The notes beneath the pieces are model-generated. The model was given only the letters and a program-made list of their open reading frames with translations, made no database searches and was not told the DNA's origin. This document shows positions 40,545-54,047 of a DNA stretch of 64,000 bases, piece by piece. Position 1 is the stretch's first letter; each line of letters opens with the position of its first letter. The translations under genes and the position numbers were made by a program. This DNA is from Octopus sinensis (lineage: Eukaryota). The stretch covers positions 3,534,001-3,598,000 of the forward strand of contig NC_042998.1 of NCBI RefSeq assembly GCF_006345805.1, written 5' to 3'.

Positions 40545-42965
40545 TATACTTGTCATCACCTATCTGTCTGTCTCTGCCTGCCTGAGTGTGTAGCTGCTCG
40601 TCTTTTTGTCTCTGTTTCTCTTTATGAGTCTTTTAAGACAGATACAAGGGCATAAACACAATTTGTGTGAGAGGAACAATCGATTAGGTAGCCTGACGCC
40701 AGTACGTGGCTAGTAATTAGCGTACGTACCCTGACATAATGAAAGGCAAACTTTGGCCCAGTTGCAGATTGAACTCAAAATCTCTCAAGGCGTTGCAGTT
40801 TAAGTCGGACATGCTATCGACTTTTTAGTGTTTCGTCTTACTGGGTTGCAGTCATGCTAGAGCGCCCGCTTGAAGATCTAAGTCGAACAAATCAACCGCA
40901 GTTTTATATTCAAAGCCATCGGTCTCTTTGTCGAACCACAAATTCATGGGAGACGTAAATAAAGCAAATAGTGTAGGGGGCAACACAAAGGCGAACAAAC
41001 ACACATTCACATACTTATGTGTATGTATACACCGTGGGCTTCCACACAGTTTCCATCTACCAAAGTCGCTCATAAAGTATAGGACGGCTCGGGTCTCTAG
41101 CAGAAGGCACTTGACTATGGTGCTGCGTGGTAGAACTGAACCCGAAACCACGTGGTTGCAATTTGAGTTTCTCAACCTCATAGTCAACATTCACACTGAA
41201 TATTCTTTTGTTTTTCTCCATGTACTTTTACTGATAAAGTTTGCTGAGCCACATCTCATATAAATATTTCGGATGTGATCATTGCAAGTGAGTGCAAGTC
41301 AGCTGTACTTGAAATTATCATGTCAGTCAGATAAGAAAACGCGCGTTGAGGTATCTGTCACTAACGGCATTTTAATGGCTGCAAGTATCCAATCATCGCT
41401 CGTTTCGTTGTTTGTTATTTCGTCACAATCCGCCATATGCACCTTGCCTCGTTTCACGCAAGCTGTGATTCACCGTGTGACTTAAAAATTATATAATTTT
41501 TTTTGTTTCTGTCTTAATGTTTTTTTTTTTTATTAATAACCCCCTCCTTTTATAGTATAACACTGTATTAATGTTTATTTTTCATTGAGATAAACTATTA
41601 TGCACTGTTTTTGTTTGGTGGGGTTTCAAGCTCTGGAAGGTGTATGTACGTTGTCACTCTGTAAATCTTTCCTGGAGCAAAAAGAATGGTGAAGCCTCTA
41701 TGCGGATGTTCGACCTGAGAGCGATTGCTGCCGAATCTCCTTCAGATCGCACTCTCCTGTCTTAAAGAAAAAGAAACTCCCGCTGGGTCCTCATCTTTTA
41801 CTTCTTTCAGTCATTGAACAGCGGCCATGCTGTTCCGCCTCGAAATGTTTACTCGAATATGTCGACACCATTACTTATTTTTTAAAAGTCTGGAACTTAT
41901 TCTATCGTTTATTATTATTATTATTATATTATTATTATTATTATTGCCAAACTGCTAAGTTACGGGGAAATAAGCAGAATAAAACCAGTTGTCACAGTGG
42001 TGGCGGGAATGGGGACAAACACAACATGCACACACAAGTAGATAGATAAATAGATGACGAGATTACAGTCTCTTTCAACTAAATTTACTCACAAGTCCTG
42101 GGCTATACTAGAAGACACGCGCCGCGCGCTGAGACTGAATCCGAAACCGTGTGATTGCATAGCGAACATCCTTAACCACGGAGCCATGAATTTTTTTTTT
42201 CCCGATGTTCTTTTTTTTCATGGTTCTGTCGAAGAGAGAAAAGCTATGCTTTGTAACTATTATTGTCCTAGACAAGGAAACCAGCTGGCAAAATCGTTAG
42301 CACGCCAGACAAAATTCTTAGCGGTATTTCATGCTTTGCGTTCCTCACTTCAAATTCAGGTAGACTTTCATCCTTTCGCGATCGGTAAAATAAGTTGTTG
42401 TTGTGACCCCCTTCGGACATGAATGACTATGGGATTGCACCTAGAAAGTTACCCTCCGAGGCACAAGTCCAGGCAAGGTTTTTTTTTATGGAAGACCAGC
42501 AGTCGCCCACGCATACCAGCCTCCCCTTTCCACGCCAGTTAAATATTAGTCGATATGATCGGCAAGCCCCCTCCCCAATAATTCCAGGCCTTCTGCCTAT
42601 AATAGAAATAGTTATTTTCCCAGATATATTATCACCGAAAGAAGATGGGATCATCATGGCTAAATCGCCTTTAGTTATAAGTGTGTTCACCCGTCGCTAG
42701 CCTAGAGTTAAGAGCAAAAACATTACCAACAACACTTCGTTTCAAGTTTTATGTTTGGAAGGTTTGTAGCGATGAATTCGACCAAGACAATAAACGTAAA
42801 AACAACAATCTTCTCAGATTCCCAACAGTGCATGTAGCTTGGTGCTTATGTCTAGTTTTCGTAACCTTAAGTGGATTAAAGATAAATCTTTCTCAAGATC
42901 AGACGCTGGTCTATCGCAGAGTAATTTCGACGGGTATTATTTTTCACGGGAGTAATTGAACTCAG

Positions 42966-43382
42966 GGATCTTTTCGGTTTGAACGGCAGTTTTTAACATA
43001 ATTTCCACGTAGCTAAACACTTTTAAACTTCGTATACTGGTAGAATGTGTTTATAAAACATCTTTTCCTCTTTGCTTTATTGAAAAAATTCTATAGTTTG
43101 TAAGATATTTGTTGTTGTTTTTCTTCAATTTCTGCAATTTCAACCAATCAATGACCGTCTATTGAGGTACAAAAACATTCTGTACCGTATGAATATGTCT
43201 CTCGCTTAAGAAACGGATTGGGTTTATTTACATTTCTGAAGAAAAAAAGACACCCTTCTCCCTAACCCTAAATAACCCTAAAACAGATTGAAATGCAATA
43301 GATCGATACTAGGGTCATAATTATGGGTAACAGTTTCATATGACACCGCTAGAAAAAACTGCCGTTCAAACCGAAAAGATCC
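42966..43382. mobile_element. MITE with 29-bp perfect TIRs and 8-bp TSD (Merlin-like)
   Basis: TIR GGATCTTTTCGGTTTGAACGGCAGTTTTT and TSD GAACTCAG at 42958-65 and 43383-90. The interior is homologous to the 1445 MITE. Confidence 0.88.
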
Positions 43383-44420
43383 GAACTCAGCAGTGTGAGT
43401 TAACAAATCACCCCATTTATGAACAGTATTTTCACTGCACGGAGCAGCGCCTATTTACTGCTCGGTGGATAACCTTTGTGTCTTAAGAACTGTGTTTAGT
43501 GCAGGCATGGGCAACCTTTTTTCGAGAAGTGGGCTGTCTGGTGACGATACATTACTCGTCATCAGGCAGGTCATATTACCAAAAAAACAAAAGTTGAAAA
43601 TCTTTTGGTAGCTGTGTAACTGAGGAAAGTTCCGTGGGCTGGAGGTTCCCCCGTTACAAGTGTAGTGGTTGAGCCAGCTCGAATTTAGAGGGAGGAAACA
43701 GTCGATTGCATAAACTCACAGCTTAACTCGAACTCGCAACAATCTCGGAAGAGTAAAAGGCAAAGTGGAATTGGCGGGATTTTAACGAAGAACATAAAGT
43801 GTTATAACTAAAAATCGTGCTAAGGCTTCCGCTAATCTACTTCCCTTCGCTCTATTGGGAAAAACTATGCTTTCTAAATTACATTGTTAAAAGAAAATAA
43901 TTGAAATGCTTGTTGTCATATTTCTTTTTTATAAAACTTTAGTAAAAACAAAGCGACATTTTGTATGCAGTCTTTCTCTACATGTGGCTCTGTAATTACA
44001 ACAGAAAAAAACGCTAAAGATACTACACACATTCAGCAAGAATACATCATTATTTAAAATAGTTAGATAGATAGAAAGATATATAGATAGATGGGGAGGT
44101 AAATACTGATCTTGCTAATTGGCTTGCTTGATGGCCAAAGAAATAGATGGAACATAAGTAAGTGTATGTTTTGTGTCTGTAAGCGAAAAGAAATATTAAT
44201 ACAAGTAAACAGGTAGGCGGATAGATAAATATTCATGAAGATAACGAGCCAGATATATAGTTCTGAGAGACAGATAGATAGAATTTCAAATTTTAATTGC
44301 GGGGCGTATAATCACGCACACACACATATATGTATTAGAAATTAATATTAGATAATATCAATTTCAACTAGTGGTCAGTATACTTAAAAAACGTCCGAGG
44401 ACCATGAATTTTATTTAAAC

Positions 44421-44547
44421 ATAAACAATACGAGAGATCACTATATTGAACCCTTGTATGCTAAAAATAGACGTCAAACAATCTTACCAATAGACGTCTA
44501 TTTTTAGGATACAAGGGATCCATATAGTGATCTCTCATATCGTTTAT
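44421..44547. repeat. 55-bp-arm hairpin
   Basis: 44421-75 versus 44493-547, with ~6 mismatches and a 17-nt loop. Confidence 0.88.
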
Positions 44548-44579
44548 ATATATATATATATATAACAAATCCCAAAACG

Positions 44580-44630
<51 letters not shown>

Positions 44631-44644
44631 ATATATATATATAT

Positions 44645-44676
<32 letters not shown>

Positions 44677-44760
44677 ATATATATAAACAAATCCCAAAAC
44701 GATATATATATATATAAACAAATCCAAAACGATATATATATATATAAACAAATCCCAAAA

Positions 44761-44809
<49 letters not shown>

Positions 44810-44810
44810 C
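44548..44810. repeat. (TA)n array punctuated by four AACAAATCC(C)AAAACGA units
   Basis: Units near 44563, 44686, 44716 and 44747. Confidence 0.9.
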
Positions 44811-45209
44811 ATATATATACATATGTGTGTGTGTCCATGTACAAACAATCAGAAATAACAAGTTTTTTTTTTTAAACTTGATATTGATCGTCTAAGTGGG
44901 CCGGATTCCTCTTGAAATAAAGACATTATAAGTTATTACCACCTCCTGCACCTTTTGAAAATTTTCAGTTACTAACCAGCTTTTTATCTGATATCCTGGA
45001 AAAAGTATTAGAATATCTTATTCCTAATCTCCAACTCCGTTTTTTTAATTATTTTATTATGGTTTTGTAAGTTTAGCTGTTTGCCTTCTTAGCCTTTGCT
45101 GTTTTCATTTATAGCAAAAGGTCACCATGACATCCGCTTGGAAATTCGAACCTAGTGCTCCTGTTTTATTATCCTTTTTTTTATTCATTTATTATCAATA
45201 ACTGAGCTA

Positions 45210-45800
45210 AGTTAGCACGCCGGACGAAATGCTTAGCCGTGTTTCGTCTGCCGCTACGTTCTGAGTTCAAATTCCGCCGAGGTCGACCTTGCCTTTCATC
45301 TTTTCGGGGTCGATTAAATAAGTACCAGTTACGCACTGCGGTCGATATAATCGACTTAATCCGTTTGTCTGTCCTTGTTTGTCCCCTCTGTGTTTAGCCC
45401 CTTGTGGGTAGTAAAGAAATAGAAATAGGTATTTCGCCCGTCGCTACGTTCTGAGTTCAAATTCCGCCGAGGTCGAGTTTGCCTTTCATCCTTTCGCGGT
45501 CGATAAAATAAGTACCAGCTGAGCATAGGGGGTCAATGTAATCGACTTATCTCCACCTCCCACATGATGCCCTTGTGGCAAACATTTTAAATAATTATTA
45601 CTGAGCAGCAGAATCGTTAGCACTCGGGACAAAATGATTAACGACATTTCGTCCGTCTTCAAGTTCTGAGTTCAAATTCCGCCCAGATCATCCTTTCTGG
45701 ATGAAGTAAGTACCAGTTGACCACTGGTGTCCATGTAATCAACTTACCCTTCTCCCGAAATTGCTGACCTTGTGCCGACGTTTGAAATCAATATTTCATA
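45210..45800 (+). mobile_element. Tandem copies of the GCCTTTCATCC-core SINE
   Basis: Three successive GAGTTCAAATTCC + core units, the first with the Tx1-like tail. No clean TSD. Confidence 0.75.
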
Positions 45801-46502
45801 ACTTCTCTAGTGAGATTAAAGTTGCATACAAACTGAGTAACAACGAGGTTTGGGGTTCGATACCATCTAGTGGTATCCTGGGTAAAAATGTATTTTACGA
45901 TAACGTCGAATAGACCCACGCCTTATTAGTGAAACTGGACAGACGTAAACTGTGGAACCACGTCGGATAGACTGCATCTGTAATTCAAGGAACCAGCCTC
46001 GTCACACATTCATTGTGACTCTGCGGAGACTAACTATAAACAGGAAGCAAATAATTTATCAACAATAACAAAGAAACAAATAACCTGGAAGCTAAGAAAC
46101 TAGTTTACTGGCCAAATAATTTTTTGTCTATCTTTAAAATTTAAACAATTTACTACGGCGTTTTCCCACCTTATCTTCTTTACCATTTCCATCTTATGAG
46201 ATATATATATATATATATATATAAACGTAAGATGGGGGTGTTAAATAATATATATATATATATATATGCATATCTGCTCCTCCTTGTCCTCCATCTGATA
46301 TTCTTTATTGCATCATTAACTCTTTCTTCCCCACTCTCTGTCTCTCTCCTTTCAGAATTCTCTTTTTCCCAGTCCTCACTCTTCTTTTAATCTCTCACTT
46401 CGTCCGGTTCCATTTAAAAAAAGTTTTGCTATGTTCTTTACAGATTCACGATAACAAGCATACCTACACACGCATTTTAATTTTTTCATTATAAGTTGTG
46501 AG

Positions 46503-46570
<68 letters not shown>

Positions 46571-48104
46571 ACATACATATATGTCAAAATGCGTGTTTAT
46601 ATACTACAGAGATATACACATATGTAAAACAGTTAACTAGTGTGGGTGCACAGGAAGTTATCAGTCTAAACATCCGCAAGTTAGAAAAGGAAGTTTGAAA
46701 TTAAGTAAAAAGCGGTCTGGCAACAAAAGCTTGAATTTACAATTAAATATCTCAGTTGCTCATCGAAATATTCCTGTATGTAAAGTTAGTAGTGAAATGT
46801 CAGCAGTTGAAGAGCAAGAATTTATGCTTATGTAAGTCTAAAATAGTATCTAATATATATGGTGCAACGGATGATACTGAATCGCTTGTTTCTTTCTGTA
46901 GTTATGTTATGGTCGGTGATGTTTAGGCCCAGGTCAATATTGATTAAACAAAGCTGTGATGAAAGTCATACCAACCATGATCGACTTGTTTTTTTTTTAT
47001 CATTCATTATCTATTTTGGAACATGGTGTTTTAGCCAATGTGTCTATTTTTAAGACAGTAGCTATGTAAATTGAGGGATATTTGGTTGCGTTTTATAGCA
47101 GTTTTCCGTCAACAAATGAAGGCCGAGGGCGTTAGTATTTACATATATTCTCATTTATTAGTAGTAGATTAAGACAGTAGTGTTTCATTTAAAACTATCG
47201 TATAAGTCTTTCTCTCTATTCATAAGAAGTTGTCTTATTAACAAACATGCCCTTCACTAATTTATGAATGAAACAAAATAAATTGAATAAACGGAAGAAT
47301 ATAGCCAACCAGAAACTGACCATACTTTAGGAAACGAAAGTGTATTTATGGTAAAAGTGATTGGCAAATGATCACTGTAAGTGAGCATGTGGTAAGGACT
47401 CCATAGTAAGTGAACTTTAGATCGAAAATAACTGGTTATGGGCGAAATGTGATAGCTTGGGATTTTGTTTTGGAGATCAGCGCACAACACATTTCCAAAG
47501 ATATCACAATACATTAGTTTCTTTGGAAGACCAGGAAACAAATCTGGAGATGGAAATCGATTATATTTGTGTTTTCCAACTATATATTCTGTCACTGATA
47601 TAGAAGACACCTACTTGCTTCAATACGGTGTTTCATTCACTAATTAACTCCTTTCCAGTTGTACTTTAAGCTCTGATATCCACTTCAACAAAAACATGCA
47701 ATCTTTCATTAAAAGAAGCACCAAAACTGTGCAGAAATTTCTCATTCATCGCTCCAATTTATCAGTTCTCAACTCTTTGGATCTTTTGGGTTCCAATTAA
47801 CAGCACGAAGCTCAATAATTCCCTTCATCATATTTAATTTGGAAAAGCACAAACGATCTGAACCAAAAGTTCTTCCTACTCAATCATAACAAAAATGATC
47901 TTGCCAAGTAAATATTATTCACTTGAACATCGCCGACAGATAGTCACGTTTCTTTCAACTACGTAGAAGGGTTTACACCATTTAAAAAGTAAATCAAATG
48001 TTTCGATGTTCATATTTTCCCAAAAGCATTTTTGTTAGCCATGAAGTAAAATGGTTCTCACTACAATGCCTATTCAACTGGGCTTGCCATAAGACTTGTC
48101 AGAA

Positions 48105-48358
48105 GGTACTAATTGAGAACAGTGGTCCGGTGCGCGCAGTCGCGCATCCGCGCTAGCTAGTCGTGACTAGTCGATCCTACAACGACTACCTAGCAAAGTA
48201 AATAAAACACAAAATAAATAAAACACAAGAACACAAAGTAAATAATTTTTTAACCAAAGTAAATAACACAAAAACACAAAGTAAGGATCGACTAGTCATG
48301 ACTAGCTAGCGCGGAGGCGCAAGTACGCGTACTGGGACCACTGTTCTCAAGTAGTACC
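48105..48358. mobile_element. MITE with ~75-bp CpG-rich TIRs and imperfect 8-bp TSD
   Basis: GGTACTA.TTGAGAACAGTGGTCC...TCCGCGCTAGCTAGTC.TGACTAGTCGATCCT is inverted at both ends. Flanks TGTCAGAA and GGTCAGTA match at 6/8. Confidence 0.7.
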
Positions 48359-48771
48359 GGTCAGTAGTGTAGTAGTGATTTCTTTTTTCCATACGTCGTA
48401 CACAAGTGAATAGTATATGCGATGTTGACGTCTTTCTCATGGGCGTTAAGCAATGTAATTGCTCACGAAACTTAGTTAATATTATTTGTATCGCTCATTC
48501 ACCCAAAGCTGCACATTTGGGTTCATGGAGTCCAATATATTAATTAGGCTTTGTACATATATCTTCCGTTTACTCTATCGACAAAAGGGGAATGAGAGTT
48601 AAATTAATCTTTAGAATATAGAAGGAATGGCAATAAGTGACTTACGGCATTTCGTTTAGTGTCTACGGGTTTTGTCTTTTCATTCATCCGCTTCTTATCA
48701 ATCGTAATTATTGTGAATTATAGTTTCAACCTCCTTCTACATGACTATTTTCTTTCTTAATTTTTAACTAG

Positions 48772-49124
48772 GAGAGTTCCTTAAGCTTATCAAGGATTAT
48801 GAAGTGACTTTACCATACCGAGTGAACTCAGAAGGCCAATTTGAGACACACATTTTACATCCGGAACACCATACGGTGAAGAGGAGTACAGAACCTGAAA
48901 CCATTCACTATCATGTGGTCGTCGACAACAAAACGCTGCATTTGCAAATGAAATTAAACGACAAATTCACGTCACCTGGCATGGTGGTGGAACGACTGAA
49001 ATCTCGCTTCAAAAATGTTTCGGATTCTACATTTGTTCCATACTGGAAACGGAAATGTTTTTTCTCTGGGAAAATAAAAGACCATACGACTTCTAATGTC
49101 GCTCTTCAAGTCTGTAATGGATTG
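48772..49124 (+). CDS. ADAMTS: ADAMTS-family (ADAMTS6/10-like) prodomain exon: EFLKLIKDYEVTLPYRVNSEGQF...KCFFSGKIKDHTTSNVALQVCNGL
   Basis: Polypyrimidine tract plus TAG acceptor (48770-71), 353 nt open, TTG|GTAAGT donor at 49125. Motifs EFL..L..YE...P.RV...G.F and C.F.G......S.VAL..C.GL match the reprolysin/ADAMTS propeptide. Orthology not determined. Confidence 0.9.
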
Positions 49125-51819
49125 GTAAGTTTAAAAATTTAATCGAAATTTTACATTCTCCATTGGAAAAATAAGTATATATATATATATATAAAAAAAG
49201 AATTCCCATGTTGAAAAATTTGTAGCATTTTTGTTCAGTACTATATAATTTTAAATTAATGTCGAATTGCCTTTTGCACATTTCCTGGATTCCCAAAAGG
49301 TAAGTGTAATATATTGAGATGAATAAATAAAAAAAAAAGGGGAGAAGTCGGAGATAAGCGCTTAAAAGAATAATAATTATTTTTCGATTACAAGTTAAAG
49401 ATACCAAAACCAATGCATACAGAATTTTTTTAAATTCTTAGCGCTAAAGCACCTTGAGGATAGTCAAATTAGTATACTGCCACATATTGGGATATTTAGA
49501 AGCGAAACATCGACTTTTTTCTCGGTTTATAAAGAGTTTGAAATTATGATGCTCCTCTCTTCTCACAAGGGATTTGCTGAATAAATAAAATGCCTTCAAT
49601 TTTTTTCAGAAAATACTTCCTTTAAAAAAATGAGGCCATGATTTCGGTTCAACAAATGTTCACATTTTATCTCGTGATTTTCTCTTGAAAAGGTAAATAT
49701 TTCTAAAATAAACGGTAAACACAGTTGTATTGTGCATAGCCAAAAGGAACGCGATAATTCTAAAAGTAGTGATGGTGTACTAGACAGGATCGATATTTAA
49801 TGAAGCTAGCTGTTCTGATATTTCTTTTCGACATATTTCTGTTCTGAGTTTAATGCACACGATGGTTCAAATTCTTCCCTTTTTGATAGATAAATATGTA
49901 ACTTATTCTTTAGCCAGGAGAAGTGCCTCAAAATTAATCTCGTACGTAGAATAAATCAAAATACCAGATAGAAGCTATTTATTTGCTCGAGTACTGATAC
50001 ATAAATGTGAAACGCAATTATATGCCGAAAATTCTACCATTTCTATATGTATTAAACCTACTTTTGAATCAATAAAAACATAGTTATTCAAATGAGAACG
50101 TTCTTAATATCATCTAATAAAACTCACACCTCGATCACACTTCAAAGCAGAAAGCTGTCAATATAGAGATATATGAAAACATGGGAAAGAATTTTCATTG
50201 ATTTTTCATTTAAAAATTACAGATAATCCCTAACCCTATATAAACCATAAGGTTATTGAGAATCTCTAAAGACTGTGAGTAAAGACGCACTAAATTGGTT
50301 TCTCCATTCCCATGAGAACATTTCATCTGATCCGTGCAATTGAACAAATCATTCATACTCTGATCCCTTGTGCAAGTGATTAACTGTTTCTTCACATGGT
50401 ATATGAATGTAACTAGATAAACTGATCGATCAATCGCGAGCAACGTGTCAACGAGAGTAACATAGCGTAGCTTTGGTCTCAGAAGCAGAGATACACTTAG
50501 CCATTAATGTTTCTGATCTTTGAAACTGGAGGCTCATAACACCTCAATTGATCTTTAATTCGTTGACGTTAAATTTACTTAACATCTAACTTTGAAGTTA
50601 ATCCTCACACCATCATACATCTAAACACTTGAATGTCCCTAAACAACGGTCACAATGAGAAGCACAGTCTTATTTTAAAATTCTGTGCTAGCATTTTTAT
50701 GAGTGAATATATGTAAGAACACCTCGCACCTTGCGATATTCGTTGCGATTCTCTCCGCTCTGAGTTCAATTCCCGCCGAGGTTTACTTTGTGTTGACCGA
50801 ATTTTAACTCCGTGTGTTCAAAAACAGAGCCAAATGAAATCCTGCAAGATATTGTTTCTAATTCACTAATGACTTTGCCAACTTGCTGCATAGCTGCATA
50901 TTACATGCATAATAGTGCATGCAGAATAAAGGGAAGACATAGCGCACCTGCAAGTTAGTGGTTTTGGTATGTTACTGAGTGAAGGTTTGACAATTAGTCG
51001 GATTAGATTTCTTTCTTACTGTTTTCAAAATTTTGTATGCAGTTTAAATGGTTGTGACGGTTAATCTACAATACAGAAATAGAGCACGTAATAGGACACT
51101 GTGTTCATTCCTGTGTCACTATGACGGCTAAAGCGCAAGATTTGGATTGCTTAAGTTACAGGGGTAAGATAAATTGTAGGACTAATATGAATGAAAATCA
51201 CATTGTTTTCTTGCATTTTGCCACTTCAACCAAAACATACAAAAACTAACGAGAGAAGGCTTCTACGAGGTGGCTTGATATGCTAGATACAGCAACAAAA
51301 TGTCCCTCATCCCATTCTGCTGTGATAAATAAGTAAAGGACACTTATTTAGTGTAATTCTAATTACGCATTCCACGGCAAGTTATTCACGAATCAAACGA
51401 CTTTGATCATAAGTCTACTAAAGTAGGGTTCACTTGTGAATGAACAATAATAAACACACAATGCACATACACACATACCCAAAATTTGGAATTCAACAAA
51501 ATAGAAGCAATAAAAGAAGATTGTTCACTTCGCCACGCTTGCATCATTCTCCTCGAATGCTAGTGAGTATATGGCGGCAGGCATGGCTGTATGGTTAAGA
51601 AGACCGCTATGCAATTTCGTTTTCGACTCGACGACATGACACTTTAGGTAATAGTTTTTGTCATTGGCGCTGCTTTTACACAAATAAATGATAACTATAT
51701 AAGTAAAAATAGAAAAAGTTAACCTTTACTCAATGTCTTGTAATGACTCTTTAATAATGAAAAGTATCTTAAAAATTTCAAACAATACATTATATACGCG
51801 CAAGCATAGCTATGTTTTA

Positions 51820-51870
<51 letters not shown>

Positions 51871-52108
51871 GTGTGTGTGTGTGTGTGTTCCCTTATTCCC
51901 TTATCTACTTCAGTCATTTGACTGCGGCTATGCTGGTGCACCGCCTTAAAGAGTTTTAGTCAAAGAAATTGACTACAAGACTTATTCTTTGTAAGCCTAG
52001 CAAATCCACTCACAAGGCTTTTGTCGTCCCGCGGCTGTCGTAGAAAATACTTGCCTAAGGTGCTACGTGGTGGGACTGACCTCGGAACCATGTGGTTGGG
52101 GAGCAAGC

Positions 52109-53534
52109 TTATTTATTTCTTTTAAATTGCCATAAAGGCATTACATAGAGGGGGACACTACCACACATGTGGGGACATATAACAAAAATATGATGCTATG
52201 AATGACACATGAAAATGAAAAACAGAAAATCAAAATATTAAAATAATAATATTTAATGATAACTGAGAAATGAGAGAGAATATGAAAAGTGTGTTACTCC
52301 ACACTGAGTAACACCACTCGCAACCTCTGAGTCCTGAGTCCTCTTTAGTCTTTCGTTTACCGTTTTCCCCATCGCTGAGTGACAATACTCTCTCCTCCAT
52401 GTACACGTAACCTTTTTCACTGGGGTCTTGTAAATTTTGTGGTGTCTCTTCTTTTTTCTATGTAGATAGGGGGTGGGTGGGTTTGGTGTCTGTATGGGGA
52501 AGGTGGGTCTGAGTGGTCTTGGGTGGGATGGAGTTGGTCTGGGGTCCCACATCACACTGACTGTTCTTCCTCTTTCTCTTATTCCTTTTATTCTCTCTCA
52601 CTGCCCATTCATCCTCCTTGTTCCTTCCATCCATCTGTACTTCCTCCTTTTTCTCCTCCGTCTCTAAGACCGCTTTTTTTGTCGTTTTACTCTGCAGAGG
52701 GCTGTGCGCTCTAATGTGGCCCTTTTGGCCATATTTAAGATACTGTAAGATTCTGCCCTCCACCCACACTCTCAACACAATCTCTCCCAACGTCATCGTC
52801 TCTGCCGAACTCTCCAATTGCCTCTCCTCTGCCTGTATAATGAGGTCCAGTGTTTTCCTTTCCGTCCTCCGTTCCCGAGGCTTGGAGGAGAACCATCTCC
52901 TTCTCACTTCCAACGAGTAAGGCTGCCGCAACCCAAGCCACTTCTATATCGGGTGGAATTCCTTCTACTCTTACCTTAGAAGTCTTTCTTCCAAGGTACG
53001 TGGATAGAAGTACTACTTCCTCCGTTTTTACAGTTGCACTCGCCAGCCTCTTTGCCTCCTCCGTTGTCTTAAACTGGACAACCACCGTCCCATATCCATT
53101 TCCTTTCGCTATGTGTGTCGCTTCCTTCGAAAGCCCCTTCAATGCGTTTTCTACTTTTTCCATCTCCATCCGCTCCACCTTCCTACTCGCCACTGAGTAT
53201 ACCTTATAGGTAATGGTTTTCTTTTCCATATTTTCCATAACCCTTTTCAGGGGTAATAACTTTACGTCACCGCCCACCTACTGTGTCATCTCACTCAGGT
53301 TCTTCAGTCCGGCTAGGTTCACCTCCCTTTTCTTCACCTCTGAAGCCTCAGCAAAACTCTTTACTCTTTCTAAAAGCTCGTCCATTCTATTTATCACCTT
53401 AACGAGCTCCTCCTCCGCTGAGGACAGCTCATACACGCTAAGGTCTGAATACATTGTCTCTACTGATATAACACCCGCTGCCAAGCAGCACAAAAAATTC
53501 TGTCCGATTCGTCAAAAATCAACAACCCTAACTA

Positions 53535-53536
<2 letters not shown>
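52109..53536 (-). mobile_element. ORF1-only L1/Tx1-related retroelement (HAL1-like), decayed
   Basis: Reconstructed ORF from ATG 53454 to TGA 52232-52230 (~400 aa) with two in-frame TAGs and one frameshift. Degenerate Gag knuckle QYLKYGQKGHIRAHS (TAT at two Cys positions). About 120 nt of 3'UTR ends in an A-rich tail; no ORF2 is present. Confidence 0.65.
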
Positions 53537-53587
<51 letters not shown>

Positions 53588-53665
53588 ATATATATATATC
53601 ATGTATGCACAAAGGCATGCATGTATGTGTGTGTATATGATGTATATATGAGTGTAATATATATA

Positions 53666-54047
53666 TCTCTCTCTATATAAACGGCAGTTTGTCTGTGCGT
53701 TTTCTGTGTGTCTGTTTTCTCGTACCCTCACTCTGACCACGGCTTTCAACCGATTCTGATGAAACTTGACACACACATAGCCCAATGTCATAATTCAAAA
53801 CTAACGCAGCGAAAATTTTGAAAAGTTCCCCCAGTTCTGAAAAAATTCGATAAATTCGACATGGGGTCGAGAATCAGAAACCCAAACCACAGACCGTCTA
53901 GGGGACGCAACTCCACCTTTTTTAACTCTCAAAAAAATTTACCATCATTTTTTTCCATTTTTTTGCTATTTTTTGGCTATAACTCTCTAAAAATGCTTTA
54001 TAGTTATTTCCCTTACAAACCTGAGCAACGCCGGGCGATACTGCTAG
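53666..54047 (+). mobile_element. Non-autonomous Helitron-like element
   Basis: 5' A|TC start, subterminal GAGCAACGCCGGG hairpin-like motif, 3' CTAG|T end, no TSD. Confidence 0.65.

Noticed and set aside
46859-47053. ORF with hydrophobic N-terminus as a candidate ADAMTS signal exon
   Set aside because: No suitable phase-1 donor and it runs into repeat-like sequence. 26331-26433 fits far better.
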